This document shows positions 9,972 to 20,090 of a stretch of DNA of 64,000 bases, piece by piece. Numbering within the stretch: position 1 is the first letter of the stretch; the number at the start of each line of letters is the position of its first letter. Both the position numbers and the translations under genes were made by a program. Below the pieces are notes generated by a model. That model saw nothing but the letters and a program-made list of their open reading frames with translations, searched no databases and had not been told where the DNA came from. The DNA is from an uncultured Actinomycetes bacterium (lineage in GTDB: Bacteria; Actinomycetota; UBA4738; HRBIN12): assembly GCA_963775755.1 (NCBI GenBank), contig CAVZKB010000001.1:80011-144010 (forward strand). Direction: 5' to 3'.

Positions 9972-10084
9972 GCCAGCGCGGCGAGCGAACGTCCCGCCGG
10001 ATCCGGACCGGATGGCCCCACCATTCCGCCGGGGGAGCCCGACCATAGAGATCACAGCTTCATCGCGAGCGCAAGGAGGTCCCG

Positions 10085-10537
10085 ATGAGCGGACGAGTGG
10101 TGGCTGGGGTCGACGGGTCGGACACCGCGAAGAAGGCGGTGCGCTGGGCCGCGAGGGAGGCCAAGCTCCGCGGATCGAAGCTCGAGCTCGTCTCGGCGTG
10201 GGAGATCCCGGTCTACGGCTTCGCATACGACCAGGGCTACGCCGCGATGTCGGAGGAGATGTTGAAGGGCCTGGTGGACAACGCCGAGGAGTACCTCGCG
10301 GCTGCGGTCACGGAAGCCCGCTCGGAGGCGCTCGAAGTCGAGATCGAGACCATCACGGTGGAGGGACAGGCGGCGAACGTTCTCGTGGACGTCTCGAAGG
10401 GAGCGGACCTGTTGGTGATCGGATCGCGAGGCCTCGGCGGGTTCCGTGAGCTTGTGCTCGGCTCCGTGAGCCAGCAGTGCGCGCAGCACTCCACCTGCCC
10501 GGTCGTGATCGTGCGGCACATGGACGAGACGACCTGA
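10085..10537 (+). CDS. universal stress protein (UspA family)
   Basis: ...LVIGSRGLGGFRELVLGSVSQQCAQHSTCPVVIV... ATP-binding Usp motif. Confidence 0.85.
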   Translation: MSGRVVAGVDGSDTAKKAVRWAAREAKLRGSKLELVSAWEIPVYGFAYDQGYAAMSEEMLKGLVDNAEEYLAAAVTEARSEALEVEIETITVEGQAANVLVDVSKGADLLVIGSRGLGGFRELVLGSVSQQCAQHSTCPVVIVRHMDETT

Positions 10538-10653
10538 TCGCCACCGGCGGCGCGACGACCTGATCGCGTCGACCGAAACCCCTGCAAGGGATCGAGGACA
10601 TGACGAAGGCGGGGCCGCAAGGCCCCGCCTTCGTGTTCCTCGCCTGAGGTGGG

Positions 10654-11283
10654 TCAGGCGAGTTGACCGTGGACCGTGGTGACGTCTCCGTGCTGGAACT
10701 TCGTCCCCCTGTGCCATGGCGTCCCGAGCGCGGGGAGCGCGAACCGGTCGAGCCCGTAGTAGCCGGCGTTCCGCCAGGCCAGGATCAACAGGACCTCGAC
10801 AACAAGGAACACCGGGTTCACGCCGGCGACACCGGCCAGGCCGAACGAGAAGTTCAGCATGGCGCCGAAGAACGCCGCGATCCCGACGAACAGGCCGAGG
10901 ATCAACGCGATACCGATGGCCGCCTCGGCGATCGGGATGACCTTGGAGAAGACCCCCGCGGGGCCGGGGTGCCCCAGCCAACGCAGGAACGCCGCGTACC
11001 ACCCGTAGTTGACCGACGAGTTCGCGCCCTGGCCCGCGTTGCCTGCCGCGTAGGCGGCGAACCCCTGCAGCCCCTTCGTGCTCCTGAACCAGGAGTCGCT
11101 CGTGTACGCGAAGTGCCAGGTCCAGAACCCACCTCCGGTGCCGGTGATCTTCTCGAAGCCTGCATGCAGCCACTGGTAACCGAGCCACACGCGCGCCACC
11201 AGCCACAGCCATGCGGCCGCGGGAGAGGAGAGGAGCCACACCGCGAACCTCGGCTCCTCGAACGTCACTTCCTGCTTCTGCAT
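10654..11283 (-). CDS. DoxX family membrane protein
   Basis: four predicted TM helices, Trp/Tyr-rich loops, DoxX-like layout. Confidence 0.55.
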   Translation of the reverse strand: MQKQEVTFEEPRFAVWLLSSPAAAWLWLVARVWLGYQWLHAGFEKITGTGGGFWTWHFAYTSDSWFRSTKGLQGFAAYAAGNAGQGANSSVNYGWYAAFLRWLGHPGPAGVFSKVIPIAEAAIGIALILGLFVGIAAFFGAMLNFSFGLAGVAGVNPVFLVVEVLLILAWRNAGYYGLDRFALPALGTPWHRGTKFQHGDVTTVHGQLA

Positions 11284-11379
11284 CGCTCCCACCTCCCGTC
11301 TCTACCTTGGGTAAGGCTGAGCGAGATCGGGCGGGCGGACAGCGGGCGAAGGGCCCGGTCCAGGGGGGTCTTTCGCTCC

Positions 11380-14124
11380 CTACCGGGTCTGGCTCGCGGC
11401 GCGGCTCGAGAAGGGCGTCGCCGGACGTGAGAGCTGCAGGCGCAGCCGCGTATCGACGACGCGCACGCCGTGCGGCAGGACCATGACGGGATTGCAGTCC
11501 ATCTCGGCGATCTCCGGATGCGCGTCGGCGAGCGCACCGACACGCAGGATCGTGTCGAGGAGCGATCCCACATCCGCCTTCGGCGCCCCGCGGAACCCGT
11601 CGAGGAGCGGGAACGAAGCCAGCGAACGGACCATCTCGTCGGCGTCGAGATCGGTCAGCGGCGCCACGCGGACCGCCACGTCCCGCTGCAGCTCCACGGT
11701 GACGCCCCCTCCCCCGCACGCGACCACGGGCCCGAACACCGGATCGGCCACGACGCCGACCAGCATCTCGACGCCGCCGTCGATCTGTTCCTGGAGCGTG
11801 AAGCCGTCCACCCGCTCTCCGGCAGCCGCCACCCGGTCGGTCATCGCCCGGGCCTCGTGGAGCACGTCTGGCGCCGACAGGCCGATCCGCACGGCACCGG
11901 ACTCGGTCTTGTGGAGCGGTCCGATCCCCTTCAACACGACGCGGCCCTCGAACGTCGCCGCCGCCTCCGAGGCTTCCTCGGGGGTAGAAACCCTGCGCGT
12001 GCGCGCCATCTTGATGCCGTAACAGGCGAGCAGCTGTTCGGCCTCCTCCGTGGGGAGCCACCCCTCGCCTCGCGCGAGCGCGGTGGCGATCAGCGCCGCC
12101 GCCTCGTCCTCACGGAGGTCGTCGAAGACGGGAACCGTTCCCTCGGGGCGGGCACGCCACGTGCCGTATCGCGCGGCGCGCGCCAGCGCGATCGCCGCCT
12201 GCTCCGGGTAGCGGTACGAGGGGATCCTGGCGCTCGGGGCGCGCAACGCGTCGGGGAGCCCTCGTGCCGACATGAAGCAGGAGAGCACCGGGATACGACC
12301 GTCGATCTCGGCGATGGCGTCGACGAGCTGACGCGCGACCTCGGGCGCCGCGGCTTCGAGCGGCGGGATGTAGATCACGATCAACGCGTCGATCCCCGCG
12401 TCGCTCGCGACGGCCTTGATGGCCCGCCCGTAGTCCTCGGGTGCGGCCGACGCGATCAGATCGACGGGGTTCGAGACAGATGAAGCCGCCGGAAGGAACG
12501 AACGGAGCTCCGTCACCGTCTCGGCGCTCAGCTCGGGGACGTGGAGACCGTGTGATTCGGCCGTGTCCGCGCAGAGGATCCCCAGTCCGCCGGCGTTCGT
12601 CACGATGGCGGCGCGGTTCCCGGCCGGTATGGGCTGGTCGGCGAGGAGCGTCGCCACGTCGAACAGCTGTCCGAGCGTGTCCGTGCGGATCACACCGCTC
12701 TGCCTGAAGAGCGCGTCGACGGTGGAGTCCGACGCGGCGAGCAGCGCTCCCGTGTGTGACATCGCCGCACGACTTCCGGCCGGACTGCGCCCGCTCTTCA
12801 CGGCGACGATCGGCTTGCGCTTGCCGATCCGCCGGGCCAGTTTGGCGAAGCGTCGAGGGTTCCCGAACGACTCGAGGTACATCAGCACGACATCCGTGTT
12901 GGGGTCCTCGTCCCAGTAGCTGAGGAGATCATTCCCGGAGATGTCGGCCTTGTTCCCGACGGACACGAACGTCGACAGACCCAGCCCGAGCTCCGCGGCC
13001 TGCCCCATCACGGCGATGCCGAGGGCTCCACTCTGCGAGAGGAAGCCGACGTGCCCCGGCGGCGGCCAGGTGGTCGCGAACGTGCCGTTCAGCAGCACCT
13101 CCGGATCCGTGTTCACCACACCCATGCAGTTGGGTCCGATCAGGCGCATCCCGAACGCGCGGCACACCTCGACGAGTTCGTGCTGGAGGGACAACCCCTC
13201 CGGGCCCGTCTCCCCGAAGCCGGACGAGATCACCACCAAGCCGCGCACGCCCTTGTCTCCGCACTGGCGCGCCACCGGGATCACGAAGGCGGCGGGGACG
13301 GCGATGAACGCCACGTCGACGGGGCCGGGGACGTCCAGCACGCTGGGGTAGGCCGCGATGCCCTGCACGACGGCCGTCTTCGGATTGACGGCATGGACCA
13401 CGCCCGCGAACGGCGGGGCGAGCAGGTTGTGCAGGAGCCGCCCGCCGATCGAGTCGGGGTTCCGGGAGGCGCCGATGACCGCGACCGACGACGGCTGGAT
13501 CATGGCACGGATCGCGTTCGCGGCAGCGACCCGTTCACGACTCTCATAGGCCTCGAGCGCCTCTTCGGTCAGCGCGGTCGGGAACTCCACATCCACCGCG
13601 CCGGGAGTCACGCGGAGGTGCACGGCGAAGCCGCTCGCGCGGAAGACGTCGATCATCCGATGGTTCTCGGGCAGCACGTGCGCGTGGAAGGTGGTGATGC
13701 CGTTGTGCCTGGCGGCGTCGGCCAGGTGCGCGACCAGGATCGACCCGAGTCCGTGACCCTGGAGCGCGTCGGCGACGCTCACGCTGACCTCCGCCCGCGC
13801 CGCACTACCCTCGCTGATGTACTGGGCGCCCCCGATCACGTCACCGGCCTCGCCGTCGGCGATCGCCAGCAACGTGAGGTGATCGAGGTAGTCGATCTCC
13901 GTGGCGCGGCGGGCCATCTCGCTCACGTCGACGGACACACCGCCGAACCGCAGGTAGCGTGTCTCATCCGAGAGACCGATGAGATAGTCCTCGACCCGCT
14001 CTCGATCGTCGAGGCGCGCGGGACGGATGCGCACCGTCGCGCCGTCGCGAAGGACAACATCGACCGCTCGGTGCGCCGGATAGTCGGGGGGGATGTCGTT
14101 CATGACGGTGTCACTACTCGACAC
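11380..14124 (-). CDS. GNAT acetyltransferase fused to acyl-CoA synthetase (NDP-forming) alpha/beta domains (protein acetyltransferase Pat-like); alternative start at 14103
   Basis: N-terminal GNAT (…LRFGGVSV…HVLPENHRMIDVFRASGF), CoA-binding domain (VAVIGASRNPDSIGG), succinyl-CoA-synthetase-like ligase and ATP-grasp segments through C-terminus. Confidence 0.75.
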   Translation of the reverse strand: MSSSDTVMNDIPPDYPAHRAVDVVLRDGATVRIRPARLDDRERVEDYLIGLSDETRYLRFGGVSVDVSEMARRATEIDYLDHLTLLAIADGEAGDVIGGAQYISEGSAARAEVSVSVADALQGHGLGSILVAHLADAARHNGITTFHAHVLPENHRMIDVFRASGFAVHLRVTPGAVDVEFPTALTEEALEAYESRERVAAANAIRAMIQPSSVAVIGASRNPDSIGGRLLHNLLAPPFAGVVHAVNPKTAVVQGIAAYPSVLDVPGPVDVAFIAVPAAFVIPVARQCGDKGVRGLVVISSGFGETGPEGLSLQHELVEVCRAFGMRLIGPNCMGVVNTDPEVLLNGTFATTWPPPGHVGFLSQSGALGIAVMGQAAELGLGLSTFVSVGNKADISGNDLLSYWDEDPNTDVVLMYLESFGNPRRFAKLARRIGKRKPIVAVKSGRSPAGSRAAMSHTGALLAASDSTVDALFRQSGVIRTDTLGQLFDVATLLADQPIPAGNRAAIVTNAGGLGILCADTAESHGLHVPELSAETVTELRSFLPAASSVSNPVDLIASAAPEDYGRAIKAVASDAGIDALIVIYIPPLEAAAPEVARQLVDAIAEIDGRIPVLSCFMSARGLPDALRAPSARIPSYRYPEQAAIALARAARYGTWRARPEGTVPVFDDLREDEAAALIATALARGEGWLPTEEAEQLLACYGIKMARTRRVSTPEEASEAAATFEGRVVLKGIGPLHKTESGAVRIGLSAPDVLHEARAMTDRVAAAGERVDGFTLQEQIDGGVEMLVGVVADPVFGPVVACGGGGVTVELQRDVAVRVAPLTDLDADEMVRSLASFPLLDGFRGAPKADVGSLLDTILRVGALADAHPEIAEMDCNPVMVLPHGVRVVDTRLRLQLSRPATPFSSRAASQTR

Positions 14125-14779
14125 TGCCGGGGGTCGTCGTGTGGCGGGCGAGGTACGCGGCGGCTTCCGCGCGGCGCGCGACCTCGAGCTTGGACAGGAT
14201 GCTGGAGACGTAGTTCTTGATCGTCTTCTCCGCCAGCTTGAGCTCCTCCCCGATCTCCTTGTTGGTCCGGCCGTCGGCGACCAGTGCCAGGATGCGCTCC
14301 TCCTGCGGCGAGAGACGGGCGAGCTTCTCGTCGTTCATCAGATGTTTGCCCTTGCGGAGCCGATCGAGGACGGACTTGGTCACCGCCGGATCCAGAAGGC
14401 TCTCCCCGGCGCCCACGGCGCGGATCGCACGCAGCAGGTCGTCCGATCGCACCTGCTTCAAGACGTAGCCCGAAGCCCCCGCCATGATCGAAGCGAACAG
14501 CGCCTCGTCGTCGGCGAACGATGTGAGCATCAACACCTGCGTCTTGGGGTGCTTCGCGCGGATCTCCCTGGTCGCCTCGATCCCGCTACCGTCGATCAAG
14601 CGGACGTCCATCACGACCACGTCCGGGCGCGTGCGGTCCGCCTCATCGATCGCATCGTGCACGGAACCGGCCTCGGCCGTCACGACGATGTCGTCCTGCG
14701 ATTGGAGCATCGCTCGGATGCCGTCCCGCACGATCTGATGGTCGTCGACCAGCATCACTCGCAGCGGTGGTTGCTTCAT
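14114..14779 (-). CDS. NarL/FixJ family response regulator (REC + LuxR-type HTH)
   Basis: MLVDDHQIVRDG...DVVVMDVRL...; C-terminal LSPQEERILALVADGRTNKEIGEELKLAEKTIKNYVSSIL. Confidence 0.9.
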   Translation of the reverse strand: MKQPPLRVMLVDDHQIVRDGIRAMLQSQDDIVVTAEAGSVHDAIDEADRTRPDVVVMDVRLIDGSGIEATREIRAKHPKTQVLMLTSFADDEALFASIMAGASGYVLKQVRSDDLLRAIRAVGAGESLLDPAVTKSVLDRLRKGKHLMNDEKLARLSPQEERILALVADGRTNKEIGEELKLAEKTIKNYVSSILSKLEVARRAEAAAYLARHTTTPGSVE

Positions 14780-14789
14780 AGGGGCAATG

Positions 14790-15290
14790 CTAGTCGGCGG
14801 TTGCAGGGGCGTCCCGCGCCTCGTCCATATCCGTCTCGGCGCCGAGCATGAGGGCGTCGGCGACCCGGTCGAGGAAATCCTTGAGGGTGGCCTCCGCGAT
14901 CCGGTACAGGACGGTGCGGTCGATCGCGTGGCCGATCGGACCGAGCGGAGGGACGTAGCGGGCGCTCATGGCGAGCTGCGTCCGGTTCGATCCCAGCGCC
15001 GCCACTTCGAGATCGGCCTCCAGCGCGGGGAAGAGCCCTGCCGCACCGGTCGGCACCCATCGGAGCGGCATCACCGTCTTGCCCCGTGTGTGGACGGGGT
15101 CCCCGAGCTCGATCGCGACCTGACGCGCCACGCGGACCCGTCCGCCGAACCCGACGTCTGCGAGGAGCATGTCACCGCGGTAGTTGGCCTCGCTGGCCAG
15201 CCCTGGGAGCCAGTCCGCCGGGGCACGCGCCAGCGCGCGTTCGATCGATTGCGGCCCGATGGGAAGCTCGACGAAATAGCGCGCGAACAT
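14790..15290 (-). CDS. hypothetical 166-aa protein between histidine kinase and response regulator (start at internal ATG, MFARYFVELPIGPQ...)
   Basis: Upstream part of track ORF 14790..15731 is Ser/Arg-rich junk; downstream 166 aa have balanced composition; possibly SRPBCC-like fold (inference only). Confidence 0.45.
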   Translation of the reverse strand: MFARYFVELPIGPQSIERALARAPADWLPGLASEANYRGDMLLADVGFGGRVRVARQVAIELGDPVHTRGKTVMPLRWVPTGAAGLFPALEADLEVAALGSNRTQLAMSARYVPPLGPIGHAIDRTVLYRIAEATLKDFLDRVADALMLGAETDMDEARDAPATAD

Positions 15291-15372
15291 GTGTCGATCG
15301 TCGCAGGCCACGGTGCGCTTCGCCGGGGCCGTTCGACCCGGACACGTCAGGACGGTCGGCCCCCGCCTGACG

Positions 15373-16515
15373 TCACAGCGGCAGGACCGCGCGAACGGTG
15401 GTGCCCTCCCCCAGGCTGCTCGTGATGTCGAGCGAACCGCCGAGTGACGCGACTCGGTCGCGGAGGTTCCCGATACCGAGGCCCTTCCCGCCGGTTCCGG
15501 GCTCGAAACCGCGGCCGTCGTCGTCGATCTCCAGGATGGCCCCCTCCACGCCCCTGCGGAGCGACACGCGACAGGTCGTGGCCTCGGCGTGCCGGCCGAC
15601 GTTCGAAAGAGCTTCTCGCGTGACCTGCACCACATCAGAGGCGATCGAGGCGAGCTCGGCGGCGACCGCTTGGTCGATGTCCACCACCGTGACCACCCCC
15701 GAACGCTCCTCGAACTCGGCGCCGAGCTCACGCAGCGCCTGACCCAACTGGCGATCGGCCAAGATCCCGGGCCGCAGTCCGAAGATGTAGTTGCGCAGAT
15801 CGCGTATCGCGTCGTCGATGTCCTCGACCGCGCCCTCGATCCGTCCTGTGATCCCCTCGTCCTGTGCCATCGCGGCGGCGCCTTGCAGACTCATGCCGAC
15901 GGCGAAGAGCGACTGGATCACGCCGTCGTGAAGCTCCTTCGCGATCCGCTCGCGCTCGTCCATGACCTCGAGTCGGCGGATCTCGTCTTGGGCCCGGAGC
16001 ATCTCGTCGTACAGGCGCGCGTTCTCGACCGCCACCCCCGCCTGCGTGGCCAGCACCTGGAGCCCGCGCTCATCATCGATCGAGAACTCATCCGCCCCTT
16101 GCTTGTCGGTGACGTAGATGTTCCCGAACACCTTTCCCCGGGCGACGATGGGCGATCCGAGGAGCGAGTGCATCGGCGGGTGATGGGGTGGGAACCCGAC
16201 CGACTTGGGGTGGGCGGAGAGGTCCTTGAACCTGAGCGGACGAGCCTCGGAGATCAGCAGACCCAAGATCCCGTGGCCGGTCGGAAGGTCGCCGATCTTG
16301 GCTCGATCCTCATCGGTGATCCCCTGGGTGATGAACTCCTCGATGCTCCCATCGGGGCCCAACACGCTGATCGCGCCGTACCGAGCCGCGGTGATGCCGA
16401 CCGCCAACTCGACGATGCGATGCAGGATGGCGATGAGCGACCGCTCCGGAGCCAGAGCCAAGCCGGCCTCGATCAACAGATCGGCCCGATAGCGATCCTG
16501 CAACCCGTCGGCCAC
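15373..16515 (-). CDS. GAF-domain sensor histidine kinase (HisKA_3 + HATPase_c), NarL-partner type
   Basis: GAF region (…YGAISVL…GILGLLISEARPLRF…), H-box ELHDGVIQSLFAV, G-boxes DDGRGF / GKGLGIGNLRDRV. Confidence 0.85.
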   Translation of the reverse strand: MADGLQDRYRADLLIEAGLALAPERSLIAILHRIVELAVGITAARYGAISVLGPDGSIEEFITQGITDEDRAKIGDLPTGHGILGLLISEARPLRFKDLSAHPKSVGFPPHHPPMHSLLGSPIVARGKVFGNIYVTDKQGADEFSIDDERGLQVLATQAGVAVENARLYDEMLRAQDEIRRLEVMDERERIAKELHDGVIQSLFAVGMSLQGAAAMAQDEGITGRIEGAVEDIDDAIRDLRNYIFGLRPGILADRQLGQALRELGAEFEERSGVVTVVDIDQAVAAELASIASDVVQVTREALSNVGRHAEATTCRVSLRRGVEGAILEIDDDGRGFEPGTGGKGLGIGNLRDRVASLGGSLDITSSLGEGTTVRAVLPL

Positions 16516-16565
16516 ATCGGGAGCCTAACGTGGAGGAACGATCGCCACCCACGAGCCGAGCCGAA

Positions 16566-16579
16566 GGGTCTTTGGACCC
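16566..16579. promoter_or_regulatory. GGGTC-N4-GACCC palindrome 50 nt upstream of the kinase start, candidate NarL-family (DosR-like) autoregulatory box
   Basis: perfect 5-4-5 inverted repeat gggtctttggaccc in the 310-nt divergent intergenic region. Confidence 0.3.
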
Positions 16580-16825
16580 GCGATGTGGGTGCCGTTCGGA
16601 CCGAGCGAGCCGGGTCCGGTCGGAACACACTGCCCGGAGGGGAAGGGGGTGACACCGATGGTTTGCTCCGATGACGATCCGATCTTGACGGGCAAGATCG
16701 CTCTGGCGCATCTCAGGGAACTCCCTGACTATTACGCTCGGCTCGAAGAGATGGAACATCGCGCCGCGAACACGCCGTTGTCGAGGCACCATCGACGCGG
16801 TGTCGGCTGAGAGGGGCATGGAGCT

Positions 16826-17320
16826 ATGCGCGTGATGGTCGCGTGCGCGAGCAAGCACGGTTCTACCGAGGGGATCGCCCAGGCCATCGCGGAGCGGTTG
16901 CATCAGCTCGGCCATGAGACCGTGGCGGTGCGCGTATCGGACGTCACCGACCTCCTCGGCATCCAGGCGATCGTCCTCGGGAGCGCGATCTATGCCGGTT
17001 CGTGGATGAAGGAGGCAACCGAGTTCGCGAAGGCCCACGCCGAGACCCTTTCGGCCATGCCGGTGTGGCTCTTCAGCAGCGGGCCCCTGGGCACGGAGAT
17101 CGAGGACGAGGAGGAGCAGCCGCGACAGCTCGCGGAGCTCAGGGAGACGCTCCGGCCGAGGGCCCATCGCATGTTCTTCGGCAAGATCGACCGCAGCGCC
17201 CTCGGGTTCGGCGAGCGGATGATGATGAAGGCCGTGAAAGCGCCCGAGGGCGACTTCCGCGACTGGAGCGCCATCGCCGGATGGGCGGACGAGATCGCAG
17301 AGGAGCTCGAAGGTCCCTGA
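16826..17320 (+). CDS. flavodoxin-like domain protein
   Basis: MRVMVACASKHGSTEGIAQAIA... flavodoxin-like FMN-binding loop. Confidence 0.65.
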   Translation: MRVMVACASKHGSTEGIAQAIAERLHQLGHETVAVRVSDVTDLLGIQAIVLGSAIYAGSWMKEATEFAKAHAETLSAMPVWLFSSGPLGTEIEDEEEQPRQLAELRETLRPRAHRMFFGKIDRSALGFGERMMMKAVKAPEGDFRDWSAIAGWADEIAEELEGP

Positions 17321-17337
17321 AGCGGCCGGCCCTCGAC

Positions 17338-19938
17338 CTAGCGGTCGAGCAACTCCCGCAAGACCATCCGGAGCAGACCGCCGCTCGCGAAGTACGCAAC
17401 CTCCGCCGCGCCGTCGATCCGAACCGTGGCGGAGAACGCGCATGCTGTGCCGTCCTCGCCGACCGCCTCGACAGCGACCTTCAGTGCCGGCGACACGCCG
17501 TCCTCGAGACCGCGGACGGAGAACGTCTCTCGTCCGGTGAGGCCGAGCGAAGCCGCGGAATCACCCGGTGCGAACTGCAACGGCAGGACGCCCATGCCGA
17601 CCAGGTTGCTCCGATGGATGCGCTCGTAGCTCTCCGCGATCACGAACCGCACGCCCAAGAGTGACGGACCCTTCGCCGCCCAGTCGCGGCTGGAGCCGCT
17701 GCCGTATTCCTTGCCGGCGATGACCGCGAGCGGCACGCCGGCCTCCCGGTAGCGTGCGGCCGCGTCGAACACCGTCATCACGTCGCCGTCCGGCAGGAAC
17801 GTGGTCCACGGACCTTCGGTGCCGGGCGCCATCTCGTTGCGGAGTCGGATGTTCGCGAACGTCCCACGCATCATCACCTCGTGGTTGCCGCGGCGCGATC
17901 CGTAGCTGTTGAACTCGCTCGGCTCGACGCCGCGCGACTTCAGGTACTCACCCGCGGGCGAATCGGCCTTGATCGATCCGGCCGGCGAGATGTGGTCGGT
18001 CGTGATCGAGTCGCCGACCTTCACCAGGACCCGCGCCCCCTCGATGTTCCCCCCGACGACGGCCTCGTCGAGACCGTCGAAGAACGGCGGATCCTGCACG
18101 TAGGTCGATACCGGATCCCACTCGTACATCGGCCCGGTCGGCGACGGCAGAGACGCCCAGTGCTCGTCGCCGTCCCAGATACGGCCGTACTCCTTCTCGA
18201 ACTGCTCCCGGTCGGTCGACGTGCGGATCGTCTCGGCGACCTCCTCGGGACTCGGCCAGATATCCGCCAGGTAGACGGGACCGTCGGCACCTTCCCCGAT
18301 CGGCTCCGTGGTCATGTCGATGTCGACCCGGCCCGCGAGTGCGTACGCGACGCAGAGCGGCGGCGAGCCGAGGTAGCTCGCTCGAACCTGAGGGTGGATC
18401 CGGCCCTCGAAGTTCCGGTTGCCCGACAGGACGGCGGCGACGTTCAGACCCCCTTGATCCACCGCCGCCGCCACCTCGTCGGGCAACGGACCCGAGTTCC
18501 CGATACAGGTCGTGCAGCCGTAACCGACCAACGCGAACCCGAGCTTCTCGAGGTACGGCGTGAGACCGGCTTGATCCAGGTAGTCGGTCACCACCCGTGA
18601 GCCCGGCGCCAGGCTCGTCTTGACCCACGGCTTGGTCTGCAACCCGGCCTCGACCGCCTTCTTCGCGAGGAGGCCGGCGGCGACCATCACGGAGGGGTTC
18701 GACGTGTTCGTGCAACTGGTGATGGCGGCGATCACCACCGAGCCGTCACGGAGCTCGTTCGGCTGCTCCCCGCGGCGATCGCCGAACGCCGACGCGAACG
18801 ACGACCAGACGTCCGGAAGCGCGACGCGGTCCTGCGGGCGCTTCGGACCTGCGAGCGACGGCACGACCGAGGACAGGTGCAGGTCGAGCACCTCGGTGAA
18901 CACCGGGTCCGGATCGCCGCCGGACCGGAACAGCCCCTGTTCCTTGGTGTAGCGCTCGACGACATCGACGAGGGCGCCGCGGCCGGTGAACATCAGGTAC
19001 CGGAGCGTCTCAGCATCGACCGGGAAGTACGAGGCCGTTGCCCCGTACTCGGGGCACATGTTGGACAGCGTCGCCCGGTCGGCGGTCGAGAGCGTGGACA
19101 GTCCGTCGCCGAAGAACTCGATGAAGCGGCCGACCACGCCGTGCTCCCGCAGCATCTGTGTGAGCGTGAGCACCAGGTCGGTCGCGGTGGTCCCGGGAGG
19201 AAGGCTCCCGGTCATCCGTACGCCGATCACGAGCGGTTGTGGCATGAACATCGGTTGGCCGAGCATGGCCGCCTCGGCCTCGATGCCCCCGACCCCCCAA
19301 CCGAGCACGCCGAGGCCGTTGATCATGGTCGTGTGCGAATCCGTCCCGACGAGCGTGTCGGGGAACGCCACACCGTCCCGCACCGAGACGACCTGACCGA
19401 GGTGCTCCAGGTTCACCTGATGACAGATGCCGGCTCCCGGCGGGACGACGCGCAGGCCGTCGAACGCCTGCTGCGCCCAGCGCAGGAGCGTGTAACGCTC
19501 GGCGTTGCGCTTGTACTCCCACTCGATGTTCGCCGCGTAGGCGCCTTCGCTCCGGAACAGATCCACCTGCACCGAATGGTCGATGATCAGATCGGCGGGA
19601 ACGAGTGGATCGACCTTCGACGGATCGCCCCCGTTCCGGGCCATCGCCGAGCGCATCGCCGCGAGGTCGACCACGGCGGGCACGCCGGTAAGGTCCTGCA
19701 TCAGCACGCGACCGGGCATGAACGCGATGTCCTTGGCCGGCCCCGGCCACGCGGCAAGGGCGTGGACGTCCTCGTCCGAGACGTCGCGCGTGCCCGCGCG
19801 CCGCAGCAGGTTCTCCAGGAGGATCTTGACGGTCTTCGGGAGCTGATGGATGTCACCGAGCGAGTCGAGCCGGTAGATGTCGACGGCGCCGTCGGCGGTC
19901 TCGAGCGAACCCCGGGCGCCGGCCAGATCGGATGTCAT
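17338..19938 (-). CDS. acnA: aconitate hydratase A; start at internal ATG (MTSDLAGARGS...)
   Basis: full-length aconitase family with Fe-S ligand cysteines (…SCTNTSNP…, …GYGCTTCIGNSG…), swivel domain. Confidence 0.9.
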   Translation of the reverse strand: MTSDLAGARGSLETADGAVDIYRLDSLGDIHQLPKTVKILLENLLRRAGTRDVSDEDVHALAAWPGPAKDIAFMPGRVLMQDLTGVPAVVDLAAMRSAMARNGGDPSKVDPLVPADLIIDHSVQVDLFRSEGAYAANIEWEYKRNAERYTLLRWAQQAFDGLRVVPPGAGICHQVNLEHLGQVVSVRDGVAFPDTLVGTDSHTTMINGLGVLGWGVGGIEAEAAMLGQPMFMPQPLVIGVRMTGSLPPGTTATDLVLTLTQMLREHGVVGRFIEFFGDGLSTLSTADRATLSNMCPEYGATASYFPVDAETLRYLMFTGRGALVDVVERYTKEQGLFRSGGDPDPVFTEVLDLHLSSVVPSLAGPKRPQDRVALPDVWSSFASAFGDRRGEQPNELRDGSVVIAAITSCTNTSNPSVMVAAGLLAKKAVEAGLQTKPWVKTSLAPGSRVVTDYLDQAGLTPYLEKLGFALVGYGCTTCIGNSGPLPDEVAAAVDQGGLNVAAVLSGNRNFEGRIHPQVRASYLGSPPLCVAYALAGRVDIDMTTEPIGEGADGPVYLADIWPSPEEVAETIRTSTDREQFEKEYGRIWDGDEHWASLPSPTGPMYEWDPVSTYVQDPPFFDGLDEAVVGGNIEGARVLVKVGDSITTDHISPAGSIKADSPAGEYLKSRGVEPSEFNSYGSRRGNHEVMMRGTFANIRLRNEMAPGTEGPWTTFLPDGDVMTVFDAAARYREAGVPLAVIAGKEYGSGSSRDWAAKGPSLLGVRFVIAESYERIHRSNLVGMGVLPLQFAPGDSAASLGLTGRETFSVRGLEDGVSPALKVAVEAVGEDGTACAFSATVRIDGAAEVAYFASGGLLRMVLRELLDR

Positions 19939-20090
19939 CGTTGCGTCTCTTCCTTCCTCATGGACTCCCTCCATCCTCCCACGCGCGGCAACTGCGGCCG
20001 GACTGCCAGCCGTTCGTCGCCGCGAGGGGTCACGGACGCGGGGTCGGTATGGAGATGAGACGCTACCGGGGACGAAGGAAGGTGGAAGCC

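Noticed and set aside
10052-12061. 669-aa minus-strand ORF and other large ORFs antisense to usp/doxX/GNAT-ACS
   Set aside because: Low-complexity Arg/Gly-rich translation with no domain signal; a consequence of 70% GC suppressing stop codons.
16583-16810. 75-aa + strand ORF in the kinase/flavodoxin intergenic region
   Set aside because: No RBS, odd composition (Pro/Gly-rich start), and it lies in a divergent promoter region. Possibly real but unsupported.
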